DNA of 64,000 nucleotides, taken from positions 131,273 through 195,272 of the forward strand of contig CAKOUO010000001.1 in the NCBI GenBank assembly GCA_934120645.1, given 5' to 3'. The notes under the pieces were generated by a model. That model was not told the origin of the DNA, made no database searches, and saw only the letters and a program-made list of their open reading frames with translations. How positions within the stretch are numbered: the first letter of the stretch is position 1; the number at the start of each line of letters is the position of its first letter. The position numbers and the translations under genes are program-made. The DNA is from an uncultured Clostridia bacterium. GTDB lineage: Bacteria; Bacillota; Clostridia; TANB77; CAG-508. This document shows, piece after piece, positions 42,981 to 52,205 of the stretch.

Positions 42981-45002
42981 TTAACCTATTTGGTCAGTTT
43001 CTATATGGCTTAGTTTTTTTTCTTTTATTATTTCACAAATTAGGTCTGCTGTTTTTTCTACTCCTAATGTATCACTATTTATACAGATGTCATAATTAGA
43101 AGGATTTTTCCATTCTTTTTCTGTATAATATTTATAGTGATTTGCTCTTAATTTATCTATCCTAATAATTTCTTTTTCAGCCTTTTGTTTGTCAAATCCA
43201 TAAAATTCTGTTGCTCTTTTTACTTTGTCTTTTATATCACTATAAACAAATACTTTTAGGACATTGCTTTTGTCCTGTAAAATGAAGTCTGCACATCTTC
43301 CTATTATTACACATGATTCTTTATTTGCTACTTCTTTAATTAATTCTGATTCTTTAAAGAATAATTCATCACTATTTGTTAATCCAAAATAGTATCCATT
43401 ATTTAGATTAGATAAACTATCTCTTTTTTGTTCATTACTTTCTATGTATTCTTCAGAAAGTCCTGTTTCTTGTGCTACTTTTTCAATAAATTCTTTGTCA
43501 TATAATTTTATTCCTAATTTATCTGCAATTAGTTTTCCTATATATCTTCCGCCAGATCCATATTCTCTAGATAGTGTAATAATAATGTTTTTGTCTATTT
43601 TTGTTTCAGTAATAGTATTATCACTTATAGCATCTTTTCTAACTTGTGCTTTTCCAAGATGTTTAACTTCTAATGTTAATAATATTGCTGCTATTATAAA
43701 TGCAAGACCATCTGCAAATGGTCCTGAGAATAGAACTCCTCTTATTCCCCATATGCTTCCAAAAGTTACCATAGCAGGTATTAAGAATAATATTTGTCTT
43801 GATAATGATAAGATTGCACTTTTTGAACTTTTTCCTATTGCTTGGAAGAAAATTCCTGATGGTATTTGAACACCATTGCAAATACATAACATTAAATATG
43901 TTCTGAATGCAATGCATGCAAATTCCATATAATTTTCATCTCCACTACCAAAAATTGATATTAATTTGTCTGGTATTGTTTGGAATAATATGAATGCTAT
44001 AGTACTTATTATTGTGCTTAATCCTAATACTATTTTTAAAGTTTTCTTTACTCTATCATATTTTCCTGCTCCATAATTATATCCTAATATTGGTTGTGCT
44101 CCTGCTGCAATTCCTATTATTATACTATTTAATATTTGGCTAATTTTCATTACAATTCCTAGTACTGTAATTGGTATTTCTGAACCAAATTTTGAATTTG
44201 AACCATATTTTCCAAGTAAATTGTTTTCAAATGCCATTACAACTACTATGCTCATTTGAGTTATAAAACTACTAATTCCAAGCATTGATATTTTTCTAAC
44301 AATATTTGATTTTAGTTTGAAATTGTTTTTGCTTATTTGTATTGTCTTAAATTTTTTAATGTATAGTATGTTTATTATGAATGTTAATATTTGGCTGATA
44401 ATTGTTGCAATTGCTGCTCCTTCTACTCCCATTTTTAATACAAATATAAAAATAGGATCTAATATAACATTTAATAATGCTCCTGAAACCATAGATGTCA
44501 TTGCATATTTTGGATTTCCATCTGCTCTTATAATAGAATTTAATGTTGTTCCTATCATCATAAATGGTAATCCTATTGCTATAACATATCCATATTTTAG
44601 AGCATATTCTTTTAGTGCCTCAGTACATCCAAATAGATTTAATAATTGTGGCAAAAATACTAATATACTTATACATAAGATTAAAGATACTATAACAGAT
44701 AATGCAATTCCATTTGCTACACCTTTACCTGCTTCGTCTTTTTTCTTTTCACCAAGTTTTAAACTTAAATATGCAGATGAACCATCACCAAACATCAATG
44801 CAAATGCTAAGCAAATCATTGTTAGAGGAAATACTACATTTGTTGCTCCATTTCCTAAATAACCTACTCCCCAACCTATAAATATCTGGTCTACTATATT
44901 GTATAATGAGTTTACTAGTAAAGATATTATGCATGGTATAGAGAATTTTCTAATTAATTTTCCTATTTTTTCTTTTCCTAAAATATTTTCTTCGTTTTCC
45001 AT
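42981..45002 (-). CDS. MATE-family efflux transporter fused to a C-terminal cytidylate-kinase-like (AAA_28/Cytidylate_kin2-type) domain
   Basis: aa 1-450 form 12 TM helices with MATE N-terminal blocks (LLVNSLYNIVDQIFIG). aa 472-673 (nt 42981-43589) carry IIITLSREYGSGGRYIGKLIADKLGIKLYDKEFI, typical of the cytidylate-kinase-like family. Confidence 0.8.
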   Translation of the reverse strand: MENEENILGKEKIGKLIRKFSIPCIISLLVNSLYNIVDQIFIGWGVGYLGNGATNVVFPLTMICLAFALMFGDGSSAYLSLKLGEKKKDEAGKGVANGIALSVIVSLILCISILVFLPQLLNLFGCTEALKEYALKYGYVIAIGLPFMMIGTTLNSIIRADGNPKYAMTSMVSGALLNVILDPIFIFVLKMGVEGAAIATIISQILTFIINILYIKKFKTIQISKNNFKLKSNIVRKISMLGISSFITQMSIVVVMAFENNLLGKYGSNSKFGSEIPITVLGIVMKISQILNSIIIGIAAGAQPILGYNYGAGKYDRVKKTLKIVLGLSTIISTIAFILFQTIPDKLISIFGSGDENYMEFACIAFRTYLMLCICNGVQIPSGIFFQAIGKSSKSAILSLSRQILFLIPAMVTFGSIWGIRGVLFSGPFADGLAFIIAAILLTLEVKHLGKAQVRKDAISDNTITETKIDKNIIITLSREYGSGGRYIGKLIADKLGIKLYDKEFIEKVAQETGLSEEYIESNEQKRDSLSNLNNGYYFGLTNSDELFFKESELIKEVANKESCVIIGRCADFILQDKSNVLKVFVYSDIKDKVKRATEFYGFDKQKAEKEIIRIDKLRANHYKYYTEKEWKNPSNYDICINSDTLGVEKTADLICEIIKEKKLSHIETDQIG

Positions 45003-45207
45003 TTTTCCTCCTTTTCCGCAAAAAAATACAACACCTTATTTTGTGTTGTTTGTTAACATTATAAGAATAATGTGCCACATACGATTTTGCTATATTTAGT
45101 TTTTTATCTTATAAATTTTATCACTTTAAACTTTTTTTGTCAAATGTAACTTTCGAATTTTTATCATAAATTTTGTTTTTTACTAATACTTTTTAAAAGG
45201 TGAAATT

Positions 45208-46710
45208 ATGAGAGAAAAGAGTAAGTTATTTTTTATAAATGGTGCTATTTTAACAAGTACTGCTTTAATAATGAAGTTTGCGGTACTTATTTTTAATATA
45301 TATATTTCTAATCAAATTGGTTCAGAAGCGGTTGGTGTATTCAGTCTTGTTATGGCTGTTTATATTTTTTTTATAACTGTTGCTACATCTGGTCTAAATA
45401 TTGCAGTTACTGTTATTGTTTCTGAAAAGTTTGCTATTGATAAACAAAAAATTGGAATTAAAGCTGTTAGGACATGTATTCTTTTTAGTCTTTTACTTGG
45501 AATTTTTGCAGGTTTATTGATAATTCTTTCCTCTAAATTTATAACTAATTATTGTTTACACAATATGGTTTCTTCAAAGCCTTTATTTTATATAGCAATT
45601 GGTCTTCCTTTTATAGCTATGTCTTCTTGTATTAATAGTTATTTTACTGCTGTTAGAAAAGCTTATAAAAATGCTATTACTCAAATTTTTGAGTTTATAA
45701 TAAAAATTATTGCCACTATTATTTTGTTGAAAATTAATATTTCAAATGGTGTTGAAGCTATATGTATTTCACTTATTTTTGCTGATGTCATTTCTGAAGT
45801 ATGTTCTTTTAGCTTAATTTTTATTTTATATATTTTTGATATTACTTATAAAAAATTGAATTCTGTTCGTTCTTTTGGACAAAGATTTAATGTTATAAAA
45901 ATTGCTTTTCCTGTTGCAATTACATCATATATCCGTTCTGGTCTTTCTACTTTAAAACAATTAATTATTCCGACTCGTTTAGAAAAGTCAGGTCTTTCTT
46001 GTACTAATGCTCTTTCTAAATATGGAATAATCAATGGTATGGTTATGCCAGTTCTTACATTTCCAACTGTTCTTACTGATTCTTACAGTATGCTTTTAAT
46101 ACCTGAGTTTTCTGCTTATGTAGCACAAAAAAATTATAAAGCCATACATTATATTAGTAATAAAATTTTTAAAATTACTTGTGCATTTTCTTTTTGTGTT
46201 TCTAGCATTTTTTTGTTTTTTGGTAATGAACTTGGCTTGGTTATTTATAACAATTTAGAAACTGGATATTATTTTAAAATTCTTGCTCCTTTAGTATTTT
46301 TTATGTATATGGATCATATTATAGATTGTATTTTAAAAGGGTTAAATAAACAATTTGGTGTTATGTGTTGTAATATTTTTGATTTAACTTTTACAATTGG
46401 TTTTATTTATTTTTTACTTCCTAAATGGGGAATTAATGGATATGTTGCTTCTATTTTATTTAGTGAAATATTGAATTTTAGTATTAGTTTGTTTCAATTA
46501 ATTAAATTTTTAAAAATCAAATTAAATTTTGTTAATTGGGTATTACTTCCTTGTACTTGTAGTTTAATATCATATATTATTACTTGTGTTTTACATTTTA
46601 ACTTTGTTGATTTAACTGTAAATTTAATTTTAAATATATTACTTTTTATTTTTATCTACATTATATTTTTTATATTGTTATCATTTATAATTGACAAATT
46701 AAAATCTTAG
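45208..46710 (+). CDS. spoVB: Stage V sporulation protein B / MOP-superfamily flippase
   Basis: 500 aa, about 14 TM helices. The SpoVB-like N-terminus is GAILTSTALIMKF...IGSEAVGVFSLVMAVY. Confidence 0.75.
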   Translation: MREKSKLFFINGAILTSTALIMKFAVLIFNIYISNQIGSEAVGVFSLVMAVYIFFITVATSGLNIAVTVIVSEKFAIDKQKIGIKAVRTCILFSLLLGIFAGLLIILSSKFITNYCLHNMVSSKPLFYIAIGLPFIAMSSCINSYFTAVRKAYKNAITQIFEFIIKIIATIILLKINISNGVEAICISLIFADVISEVCSFSLIFILYIFDITYKKLNSVRSFGQRFNVIKIAFPVAITSYIRSGLSTLKQLIIPTRLEKSGLSCTNALSKYGIINGMVMPVLTFPTVLTDSYSMLLIPEFSAYVAQKNYKAIHYISNKIFKITCAFSFCVSSIFLFFGNELGLVIYNNLETGYYFKILAPLVFFMYMDHIIDCILKGLNKQFGVMCCNIFDLTFTIGFIYFLLPKWGINGYVASILFSEILNFSISLFQLIKFLKIKLNFVNWVLLPCTCSLISYIITCVLHFNFVDLTVNLILNILLFIFIYIIFFILLSFIIDKLKS

Positions 46711-46779
46711 AATTATACTAACAGTATAGTATATTGTAACTTATGAAAAAGCCATTTTTGATTAAAAGGAGGCTTAAAT

Positions 46780-47178
46780 ATGGATTGTTTTCCTGAAACA
46801 TCTATAATTCTTTCAATTCCTGAAGAATTGGGATTTATAGATAATGCTTATGCACATATAACATTATCTAATGGTACTTACTTTTGTGAAAAAGCATTTA
46901 CAGATAGTAGATTTCGGTACCATTCTGATGGAAGTTCTTGGCCCAAAATTTTTAGAGAAGATTCAAAAGAACAGGTTTTAAACCTTCATGTTCCTAGTGT
47001 TGAGGATACTTCTCCAAATACAAGTGTTTTCGGTATTGTGTATCCTTTAAAGGATATGTCTTACTTGGAAGGTTATTGTGTTTTTACCTTTAGAGCAAAT
47101 AATACAGATTATTACACAGAGAGCCTTTACTTTAAGGTAGATAAGGAAGATTACTTTTTGGAATTAGACGAAAACTAG
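46780..47178 (+). CDS. Hypothetical protein (132 aa, orphan)
   Basis: AAAGGAGG RBS. The stop codon is embedded in a perfect terminator stem. No motif recognised. Confidence 0.5.
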   Translation: MDCFPETSIILSIPEELGFIDNAYAHITLSNGTYFCEKAFTDSRFRYHSDGSSWPKIFREDSKEQVLNLHVPSVEDTSPNTSVFGIVYPLKDMSYLEGYCVFTFRANNTDYYTESLYFKVDKEDYFLELDEN

Positions 47179-47205
47179 TTAGCTAAAAAGCTAACTAGTT
47201 TTTTT
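47175..47205. terminator. Bidirectional intrinsic terminator
   Basis: ctagttagct-aaaa-agctaactag, a perfect 10-bp stem, followed by T7. Confidence 0.7.
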
Positions 47206-47210
47206 GTTAT

Positions 47211-48179
47211 TTATTTTAACCATTCTGGATTTGCCAAATACCAATCTATAGTTTTAACAATCCCATCTTCAAATTTTGTTTTTGGATACCATCCAAGTTC
47301 ATTTTTTATTTTTGTTGGGTCTATTGCGTATCTATAATCATGTCCTTTTCTATCTGCAACATGTTCTATTAAATCTTCTGATTTACCTAATCTTTGTAAA
47401 ATTAATTTAACAATTTCTATATTTCTTCTTTCATTGTGTCCACCAATGTTATATCTTTCTCCGGCAACACCATTATGGAATACTAAATCAATTGCTTCAC
47501 AATGGTCTTCTACATATAACCAATCTCTAATATTTAATCCTTCTCCATAAACAGGTAATTTTTCGTCATTTAATGCTAATTTAATCATATGTGGAATTAA
47601 TTTTTCATTGTGTTGATATGGTCCATAATTATTTGAACAGTTTGTTACATTTACATTCATTTTAAATGTTTCATGATATGCAAATGCAATTAAATCTGAA
47701 CTTGCTTTTGATGCTGAATATGGGCTACTTGGTTTTATTGGAGATTTTTCTGTAAAATATCCATCTTCTTTAAGTGAACCATAAACTTCATCTGTTGAAA
47801 TATGAACAAATTTATTTGGACTTCCTTCTCCCCATACTTGTTTAGCAGCTTCTAATAAAGTGTGTGTTCCTATTACATTTGTATGTGTGAATATAAATGG
47901 ATTTTTTATACTATTGTCAACATGTGATTCTGCTGCAAAATGAATTACTCCGTTTATATCATATTTTTTAAATAAGTCTAATACGAAGTCAAAATCACAA
48001 ATATCTCCTTTTACAAATGTTATTTTATCCATTACTTTTTTTAGGTTATCTAAATTTCCTGCATATGTTAATTTATCTAATACTATTACTTTATAATCAG
48101 GATGTTTATTTACAAAATATTCAGCAAAATTTGCTCCTATAAAACCTGCTGCACCTGTTACTAATACATTTTTACTCAT
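47211..48179 (-). CDS. rfbB: dTDP-glucose 4,6-dehydratase
   Basis: VLVTGAAGFIG Rossmann motif and YSASKASSD (YxxxK). The start at 48179 follows GAAAGAGG. Confidence 0.95.
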   Translation of the reverse strand: MSKNVLVTGAAGFIGANFAEYFVNKHPDYKVIVLDKLTYAGNLDNLKKVMDKITFVKGDICDFDFVLDLFKKYDINGVIHFAAESHVDNSIKNPFIFTHTNVIGTHTLLEAAKQVWGEGSPNKFVHISTDEVYGSLKEDGYFTEKSPIKPSSPYSASKASSDLIAFAYHETFKMNVNVTNCSNNYGPYQHNEKLIPHMIKLALNDEKLPVYGEGLNIRDWLYVEDHCEAIDLVFHNGVAGERYNIGGHNERRNIEIVKLILQRLGKSEDLIEHVADRKGHDYRYAIDPTKIKNELGWYPKTKFEDGIVKTIDWYLANPEWLK

Positions 48180-48215
48180 TTTAAATACCTCTTTCTTATA
48201 TTTCATTATATAATA

Positions 48216-48794
48216 TTATAAATTACTAAATAAATTAGTCTCTTTCAACTCTTTAAGTGAAGGCCATTTTCCATCTTTTTCTGATGTTAATAGATCTTCT
48301 GGTTTTAAATCTCCCATAGGCCATTCAATTCCTATATCTGGGTCGTCCCATTTAAGACCACCTTCTGCTTCATGATTATATATATCATCACATTTATAAG
48401 CAAATTCGGCTTCATCTGACAATACTAAAAATCCGTGTGCAAATCCTTTTGGTATCATAAACATTTTTTTATTTTCTTCTGTTAATATAACACCTTCCCA
48501 TTTTCCATATGTTTTACTTCCTGGTCTTAAATCTACAGCAACATCAAATACTTCTCCTTTTATGCATCTTACTAGTTTTGCTTGTGTATTTTCTTTTTGG
48601 AAATGTAATCCTCTTAAAACACCTTTTTTTGATTTTGATTGGTTATCTTGTATAAAGTTATAATTTAAACCAATTTCTTCAAACTCAGCTTTACTATATG
48701 TTTCCATAAAATATCCTCTATTATCACCAAAAACTGTTGGCTCTACAATGCATACACCTTCAATAGATGTATCTGTTCTCTTAAATTTACCCAT
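48216..48794 (-). CDS. rfbC: dTDP-4-dehydrorhamnose 3,5-epimerase
   Basis: GDNRGYFMETY and VLRGLHFQ motifs. The start at 48794 follows GGAGA. Confidence 0.93.
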   Translation of the reverse strand: MGKFKRTDTSIEGVCIVEPTVFGDNRGYFMETYSKAEFEEIGLNYNFIQDNQSKSKKGVLRGLHFQKENTQAKLVRCIKGEVFDVAVDLRPGSKTYGKWEGVILTEENKKMFMIPKGFAHGFLVLSDEAEFAYKCDDIYNHEAEGGLKWDDPDIGIEWPMGDLKPEDLLTSEKDGKWPSLKELKETNLFSNL

Positions 48795-48846
48795 TTTAAT
48801 TATCTCCATTCTTTTTTGACATATATTGACAAATTCTTGTGACAAA

Positions 48847-49725
48847 TTAAATCTGTCCCACTAGTTCCTTTAAATATTTTCCATAATCTGTTTTCATGTA
48901 TTTATCTGCAAGCTTAGATAATTGTTCTGCTGTTATCCAATTTTTTTGGAAAGCTATTTCTTCTGGACAACATACTTGCATTCCTTGTCTTTTTTCTATT
49001 GTTTGAACAAAGCTTGCTGTTTCAAGTAATGCATCATGTGTTCCTGTATCAAACCATGTCATTCCTCTTCCAAAAGTTTCTACATATAATTTATTTCTTT
49101 TCATATACTCTTCGTTTACAGTTGTTATTTCTAACTCTCCTCTTGCTGAAGGTTTTACATTTTTAGCAATTTCTATAACATCATTTGTATAGAAATATAA
49201 TCCTGGTACTGCATAATTTGACTTTGGATTTTCTGGCTTTTCTTCTATTGATATAGCTTTACCATTTTCGTCAATTTCAACAACTCCATATGCTCTTGGA
49301 TCTTTTACTTGATATCCAAATATAGTTGACTCATCTTCTCTTTCATTTGCTTTTCTTAACATTTCAGATAAATGTGATCCATAAAACATATTATCTCCTA
49401 ATATCATAGCAACATTATCATCACCTATAAAATCCTCTCCAATTATAAAAGCCTCAGCTAGACCATTTGGTTTATCTTGAACTTTATATTCAAATTTCAT
49501 ACCCCATTGTGAACCATCACCTAATAAAGCCTTAAATGTTTCTGAATCTCTTGGAGTTGATATTATTAAAACATCTCTAATTCCTGCTTCCATTAAAACT
49601 GACAATGGATAATATATCATTGGTTTATCATATACTGGCATAATTTGTTTTGATATTGCAAGTGTTAATGGATATAATCTTGTTCCACTTCCCCCTGCTA
49701 AAATAATTCCTTTTCTGTTTTTCAT
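48847..49725 (-). CDS. rfbA: Glucose-1-phosphate thymidylyltransferase
   Basis: [17 protein letters not shown]-terminus. Confidence 0.95.
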   Translation of the reverse strand: MKNRKGIILAGGSGTRLYPLTLAISKQIMPVYDKPMIYYPLSVLMEAGIRDVLIISTPRDSETFKALLGDGSQWGMKFEYKVQDKPNGLAEAFIIGEDFIGDDNVAMILGDNMFYGSHLSEMLRKANEREDESTIFGYQVKDPRAYGVVEIDENGKAISIEEKPENPKSNYAVPGLYFYTNDVIEIAKNVKPSARGELEITTVNEEYMKRNKLYVETFGRGMTWFDTGTHDALLETASFVQTIEKRQGMQVCCPEEIAFQKNWITAEQLSKLADKYMKTDYGKYLKELVGQI

Positions 49726-49750
49726 TTTTAACTTCAACCTCTCTTCTTAA

Positions 49751-49783
49751 TTCTGTCAATAGGGACGGGCCTTTTTGACAGAA
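49751..49783 (+). repeat. Hairpin repeat copy 2 (same family as 14291-14321)
   Basis: ttctgtcaa-tagggacgggccttt-ttgacagaa. Confidence 0.75.
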
Positions 49784-49823
49784 TTTTTTATTTTTTATTT
49801 AATATTAATTAATAATTTTTATT

Positions 49824-49854
49824 TTCTGTCAAAAAGGCCCGTCCCTATTGACAG
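49824..49854 (-). repeat. Hairpin repeat copy 3, inverted; supplies the rfbD stop codon and terminator
   Basis: The plus strand reads ttctgtcaaaaaggcccgtccctattgacag. On the minus strand, ctgtcaaTAG ends rfbD (stop at 49845-49847). Confidence 0.75.
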
Positions 49855-50711
49855 TTTGCTTCTTCAAGATATCTTTTTAGCCCGTCTTTCCAATCTGGTA
49901 CAATAATTCCACATGCTTCAAGTTTTTCTTTTGACATTTGAGAATTGAATGGTCTTTTGGCTTGTGTTACTTTCATCATTTCTATATATTCTTCTGTTGT
50001 TACTGGATTTACTTTGCATTCAATTCCTTGTTCTTTTAGAATTTCTTTTGTGAAATCATACCATGTTGTATATCCTTGATTTGTTGCATTATATACTCCA
50101 TAAGGTATTTTCTTTTCAATTGCTTGGTATATTATTTCTGTTAAGTCTTTTGCATATGTTGGACTTCCGTGTTGGTCTGATACTACATTAATTTCGTCTC
50201 TTGTTGTTCCTAATTTTGTCATTGTTTTTACAAAATTATTTCCTCCTATTCCATATAGCCATGCTGTTCTAAATATGTAATATTCGTCCATGTTTTTTTC
50301 TATTCCTTCTTCTCCATGAAGTTTTGTTATTCCATAAACTGTTACTGGTTCTTTTTTGTCATCTTCTTTATAATCTTTAGATATATCTAAATCTCCTCCA
50401 AAAACATAGTCTGTTGAGATATGTACTAGTTTTGCTCCTACAGATTTTGCTGCTTTTGCAAGGTTTGTTGGTCCTTCTCCATTTATTTTATCGGCTAATT
50501 CGTAGCATTCTTCTGCTTTATCAACTGCTGTAAATGCTGCACAATTTATAATATAGTCTGGTTTTATTTTATTAACAAATTCCATAACTGATTTTTCGTC
50601 TGTTATATCTAGTTCTGAGACATCTGTTGCAATTATTTCATTTCCTTTTGCAAATTTTTCTCTTACTTCTTTAGCAAGCATTCCATTTGCACCTGTAATC
50701 AATATTTTCAT
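49845..50711 (-). CDS. rfbD: dTDP-4-dehydrorhamnose reductase
   Basis: MKILITGANGMLAKE N-terminus and RmlD-typical length. Lies in the rfb cluster. Confidence 0.93.
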   Translation of the reverse strand: MKILITGANGMLAKEVREKFAKGNEIIATDVSELDITDEKSVMEFVNKIKPDYIINCAAFTAVDKAEECYELADKINGEGPTNLAKAAKSVGAKLVHISTDYVFGGDLDISKDYKEDDKKEPVTVYGITKLHGEEGIEKNMDEYYIFRTAWLYGIGGNNFVKTMTKLGTTRDEINVVSDQHGSPTYAKDLTEIIYQAIEKKIPYGVYNATNQGYTTWYDFTKEILKEQGIECKVNPVTTEEYIEMMKVTQAKRPFNSQMSKEKLEACGIIVPDWKDGLKRYLEEANCQ

Positions 50712-50761
50712 TTTTTTGCCTTCTTTCTTTTATTTTTCCTTAATATAATATCATTAAAACT

Positions 50762-50795
50762 AAAAAAGTGCAAGAAATTTTGAGTTTCTTGCACT
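50762..50795 (-). terminator. Intrinsic terminator after the GT2 gene
   Basis: agtgcaagaaa/tttcttgcact 11-bp stem with a T-run on the minus strand. Confidence 0.6.
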
Positions 50796-50816
50796 AAAAC
50801 TTTAATTATTTTTAAA

Positions 50817-51758
50817 TTATTTTATATTTATCTTTTTATCTACTATATATTGTGGTCTTTGTTTAGTTTCGTCATATATTCTACCTACATATTCTGCAAT
50901 AATCCATATTGACATTAATTGAATTCCTGAGAAAAATGTAATTGCTACCATTATAGATGCCCATCCAGCAGATAAATTTGCAGAATGACATGCGTAAGAA
51001 ACTAATACGTATATCAATAATATAATTGATATAACTATTGATAACATTCCTAAAATCCCTACTAATTTTAAAGGTTTTGTAGAAAAACTTATGATACCAT
51101 CAGATGCCAATTTTAACATCTTTTTTAATGGATATTTTGTTTCTCCTGCAAATCTTTCTTTTCTTTCATATTCAAATGGTGCTTGTTTATATCCAACCCA
51201 ACTAAATAATCCTCTTAAAAATTTATTGTGTTCAGGCAATTGGTTTATTGTATCTACAACTTTTCTATCAACTAATCTAAAATCACCTGTATCTTTAGGA
51301 ATCTCTACATCTGAAAGTGCGTTTAATGTTTTATAAAACATTTTTGCTGTGAATAATTTAAATGCACTTTCACCTTCTCTAGATTTTCTCTTTCCGTATA
51401 TTACTTCATTTCCTTGTTCCCATAATTTTAACATATCTGGTATTAATTCTGGTGGATCTTGAAGATCAGCGTCCATTATAACAATAGCATCTCCTGTTAC
51501 ATATTGAAGTCCTGCTGTAACAGCTGCTTGGTGTCCAAAGTTTCTTGAAAAAGATATTACTTTAACATTTTCATCTTTTTCTGCAATATTTTCTAGTATT
51601 TCTAAAGTTTTATCTTTACTTCCGTCATTTACAAAGATTATTTCATGATTATAATTTTCTAATTTTTCTAAATTTTCTTTTACTCTTTTGTAGCACTCTT
51701 CTGCAACTTTTTCTTCATAGTACATAGGTATTACTAATGTTACTTTTTTCTTTTCCAT
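50817..51758 (-). CDS. GT2 polyprenyl-phosphate glycosyltransferase (GtrB/CsbB-like, two C-terminal TM helices)
   Basis: VIPMYYEE and DADLQDPPE motifs, with C-terminal TM helices. ATG 51758 follows GGAGAG. Confidence 0.88.
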   Translation of the reverse strand: MEKKKVTLVIPMYYEEKVAEECYKRVKENLEKLENYNHEIIFVNDGSKDKTLEILENIAEKDENVKVISFSRNFGHQAAVTAGLQYVTGDAIVIMDADLQDPPELIPDMLKLWEQGNEVIYGKRKSREGESAFKLFTAKMFYKTLNALSDVEIPKDTGDFRLVDRKVVDTINQLPEHNKFLRGLFSWVGYKQAPFEYERKERFAGETKYPLKKMLKLASDGIISFSTKPLKLVGILGMLSIVISIILLIYVLVSYACHSANLSAGWASIMVAITFFSGIQLMSIWIIAEYVGRIYDETKQRPQYIVDKKINIK

Positions 51759-51759
51759 T

Positions 51760-52188
51760 TTATTTTTTCTCTCCTTTTTTAAATACAAATAATTTACTAA
51801 AAATATAGTTAGATATAATTATTACTATTTGTGATACTAATTTAGTTATTTTATCATTAAAATGTAATACTGTTACTCCCAACCACATAATTACCATATC
51901 CATTACAAGTGTTGTAACTCTTGCTAAAACAAATTTGCTTGCTTCTTTTACTTTGTTTTTTTCTTGACTTTCAAATACAAATTTTCTGTTTGTAAAATAT
52001 GCAAATGTAACTCCAGCTATCCATGAAAGAATATTTGCAATTTGTAATTGAACTGCATTATCTGGATTTAAAAATGTAAAAACAGATGCATAATATACTA
52101 CTAAAGAAACAACTGTTGTTAATACACCAAATATTAGGTAATTTATTATTTCTTTATATTTCTTATATAGTTCTTTTATTTTTTCCAT
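51760..52188 (-). CDS. GtrA-family membrane protein
   Basis: 142 aa, 4 TM helices. Its stop lies 1 nt before the GtrB-like start. Confidence 0.85.
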   Translation of the reverse strand: MEKIKELYKKYKEIINYLIFGVLTTVVSLVVYYASVFTFLNPDNAVQLQIANILSWIAGVTFAYFTNRKFVFESQEKNKVKEASKFVLARVTTLVMDMVIMWLGVTVLHFNDKITKLVSQIVIIISNYIFSKLFVFKKGEKK

Positions 52189-52205
52189 TTTGTATTCCTC
52201 TCAAT

